A stretch of 64,000 nucleotides of DNA from Kofleriaceae bacterium (GTDB lineage Bacteria; Myxococcota_A; Polyangia; Haliangiales; Haliangiaceae): assembly GCA_965215005.1 (NCBI GenBank), contig CBDCCZ010000004.1, positions 192,001-256,000 on the forward strand, read 5' to 3'. Of this stretch, positions 60,805 to 64,000 are shown piece after piece. Position 1 is the stretch's first letter. Every line of letters starts with the position of its first letter. Under the pieces are notes generated by a model. The model searched no databases. It was not told the DNA's origin and was given only the letters and a program-made list of their open reading frames with translations. The position numbers were made by a program, and so were the translations under genes.

Positions 60805-61470
60805 TCAGAGAGAGGCCACCTGCTCGCGCACCCATGCGCGCACCGCAGGGGCGACGCGGCGGTCGCGATAATGCTCGATACATTCCGACTCGCGTCCGCG
60901 CACGACCCGACGACCCACGAGCGGCCCCTCATGCTCGGTTACGATCGTCGCGTGGTCGCTGTCCTCGCCGATCGCGTAGATCACCAGCACCCAATCGCGT
61001 TGCTTGCCGAGCTCGTGGGCGGTCGCCGTATTGGAGAACATCACGGTGAGGTCCCATCGGTCGCACTGGCTGCTCCATACCGGCAGCCACGCATGCTGCT
61101 CGGGATTGAAGCGCCGCGGCGCAACGAGCGGCAGCGCACGCCGTGCGACCAACTCCCGGTAGTTACCATCGAGTTCGAGGAGCTGGCCGACAGACGGCCG
61201 CGCCAGCTGCGCTGCCGATAATCGCGGCGGCGTGAGAGCGGTCTCGAGCTGACGCCTCAGCCTTGCGATGCGGCGCTTGCCAAACCCTGGGAGGCGCGCC
61301 AGCTGCCCGTCACGCCCCTCCATCGCCGCGCACTCCAGCGCCTCTAGAGTCGTGATTCCCAAGCGATCGACGATGCGCCGCGCCAGTGTCGGGCCTAGCC
61401 CCGGAATTGTCGTGAATCGGCGCAGCGCTCGTTCTCGCTGTGGCCTGCGAGACTCGTGCTGAGGATGCAT
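60805..61470 (-). CDS. Helix-hairpin-helix DNA-binding protein (PolX-like HhH motifs plus conserved C-terminal domain)
   Basis: IPGLGPTLA and LPGFGKRR HhH motifs; APRRFNP...WLP, FSNTATAHELG..DWV, RVVRGRE.EC. Confidence 0.75.
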   Translation of the reverse strand: MHPQHESRRPQRERALRRFTTIPGLGPTLARRIVDRLGITTLEALECAAMEGRDGQLARLPGFGKRRIARLRRQLETALTPPRLSAAQLARPSVGQLLELDGNYRELVARRALPLVAPRRFNPEQHAWLPVWSSQCDRWDLTVMFSNTATAHELGKQRDWVLVIYAIGEDSDHATIVTEHEGPLVGRRVVRGRESECIEHYRDRRVAPAVRAWVREQVASL

Positions 61471-61603
61471 ACGTGAACATTTTGCACAATGAATGCCAAG
61501 GTCACTGCAGCACCCACTGGACCATAGAGCTCGCCGAGCAGGCCCCGCGGCCGGACGCCTGGGGCGGCCACGCGCGGTGACCGCCTCCGGCGTGGCTTTC
61601 AAG

Positions 61604-62362
61604 TCACTGGAATTCGAACTGGAAGTTGCCGAGGTCTACGAGCTCGTTGCCGACGTTCAGGATCGCCTGCCGCGGCATCGACTGCCCGAGCACCTCCTCA
61701 CGGTTGCCGCGATCCTCGAGGACGCTCACCACGACCTCGTAGTCGCCGAGAGGTAGCGGGCTCGTGATTCCCTCGCGAGCCTCGCAGTCGAAGATGTCGT
61801 CAATGCCGGTGCCGCTTGGGCCCACGAGCGTCGCCAGGATGGAGACCGCGTCGGCGCCCGCGTTCGCGCAATCGATCGGTTGCTGGGTGGCAGCGTCGAG
61901 AAGCGTCCACGTCGCAGCGAGATAGGCCTCGCTCGTGAGGATGTCGAAGGGGACCGCCACGACCTCGCCTGGGCTGTTCAGCGAGACCACCTCAGAGAAC
62001 GACTGCGCGTATAGCGTATCGGCGACCTCGGGGGCATCGATGATCTCGACGTACACGGTGTAGTCGCCGAGCGGCAGTGGATCGGTGCGCCCGATGCCGG
62101 CGGAGCAGTCGAACAAGTCCACCGTATCAACGTTCGCGCTGTTCACAGCCACCACTCTAACCGTCGAACCCGGGCAGACGTTGGGCATGAGGTTCCAACT
62201 GACCTCGAGAGCCGCTTCGGATCGACCAGGGTTAGGCGTGGGCGTGGGATTGGGCGTCGGCTCGCGCACCACGTTGTCGTCATCGCTGTCGCTGCTGAAG
62301 AAACAGCCACCGCTCGGCAAGAGCAACAGGGCCAGAGCACCGTAAGCAAACCTTCGAATCAT
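61604..62362 (-). CDS. Hypothetical lipoprotein with internal domain duplication
   Basis: Lipobox GGC, PTPNPTP linker, two W...FDC..G..T.PLPLGDY.V repeats. Confidence 0.75.
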   Translation of the reverse strand: MIRRFAYGALALLLLPSGGCFFSSDSDDDNVVREPTPNPTPTPNPGRSEAALEVSWNLMPNVCPGSTVRVVAVNSANVDTVDLFDCSAGIGRTDPLPLGDYTVYVEIIDAPEVADTLYAQSFSEVVSLNSPGEVVAVPFDILTSEAYLAATWTLLDAATQQPIDCANAGADAVSILATLVGPSGTGIDDIFDCEAREGITSPLPLGDYEVVVSVLEDRGNREEVLGQSMPRQAILNVGNELVDLGNFQFEFQ

Positions 62363-62517
62363 GCGTCATCCTCCGTAAGCAGAAGCTCGTATTGTGGGAG
62401 GGTGACCCGCTGGCGGCAACGATTTGACACCGTCGCTCGTGCGATGAACGTCACGAAGCAGCGGAAACTCTGCGATTGTTGGACACTTTACTGCGACAGC
62501 TTTGGTGGAGCTCGCGG

Positions 62518-64000
<1,483 letters not shown>

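Overview
High-GC bacterial DNA that looks myxobacterial (MYXO-CTERM sorting signal, FHA-bearing sigma54 activator, CorE-like ECF sigma, Ser/Thr kinase-AAA-TPR protein). About 60 CDS; no rRNA, tRNA or CRISPR array was recognised. Housekeeping and accessory genes include argB/argC, bfd-bfr with two Fur-like boxes, clpS-clpA, partial metH, MATE, UbiB/ABC1, an omega-class GST and an RNase Z-like MBL. There is a degraded ISAzo13 transposase next to a RAYT-type HUH transposase with a palindrome/repeat field, and a copper module (Csp3-CopZ <> CopA-CorE-like ECF) with two mirror-image TGTAA-N17-CGTC promoters. The main feature is a ~15 kb, tightly coupled minus-strand Tad/Flp pilus operon (45119->30189). 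It has two Flp pilins, a prepilin peptidase, TadE/TadG/TadE, CpaB, a secretin, TadB/C, a TPR lipoprotein, FHA proteins and TWO CpaF ATPases. It ends in a lipoprotein plus a 630-aa protein carrying a prepilin-like leader, an Ntox16-like Cys-rich domain and a GHSQG alpha/beta-hydrolase domain. This suggests a pilus-borne toxin/immunity pair (inference). Divergent sigma54 promoters and an adjacent FHA-EBP flank the operon. Four single-base frameshifts in three conserved genes look like sequencing errors. All family assignments were made by eye from motifs; no database searches were run.
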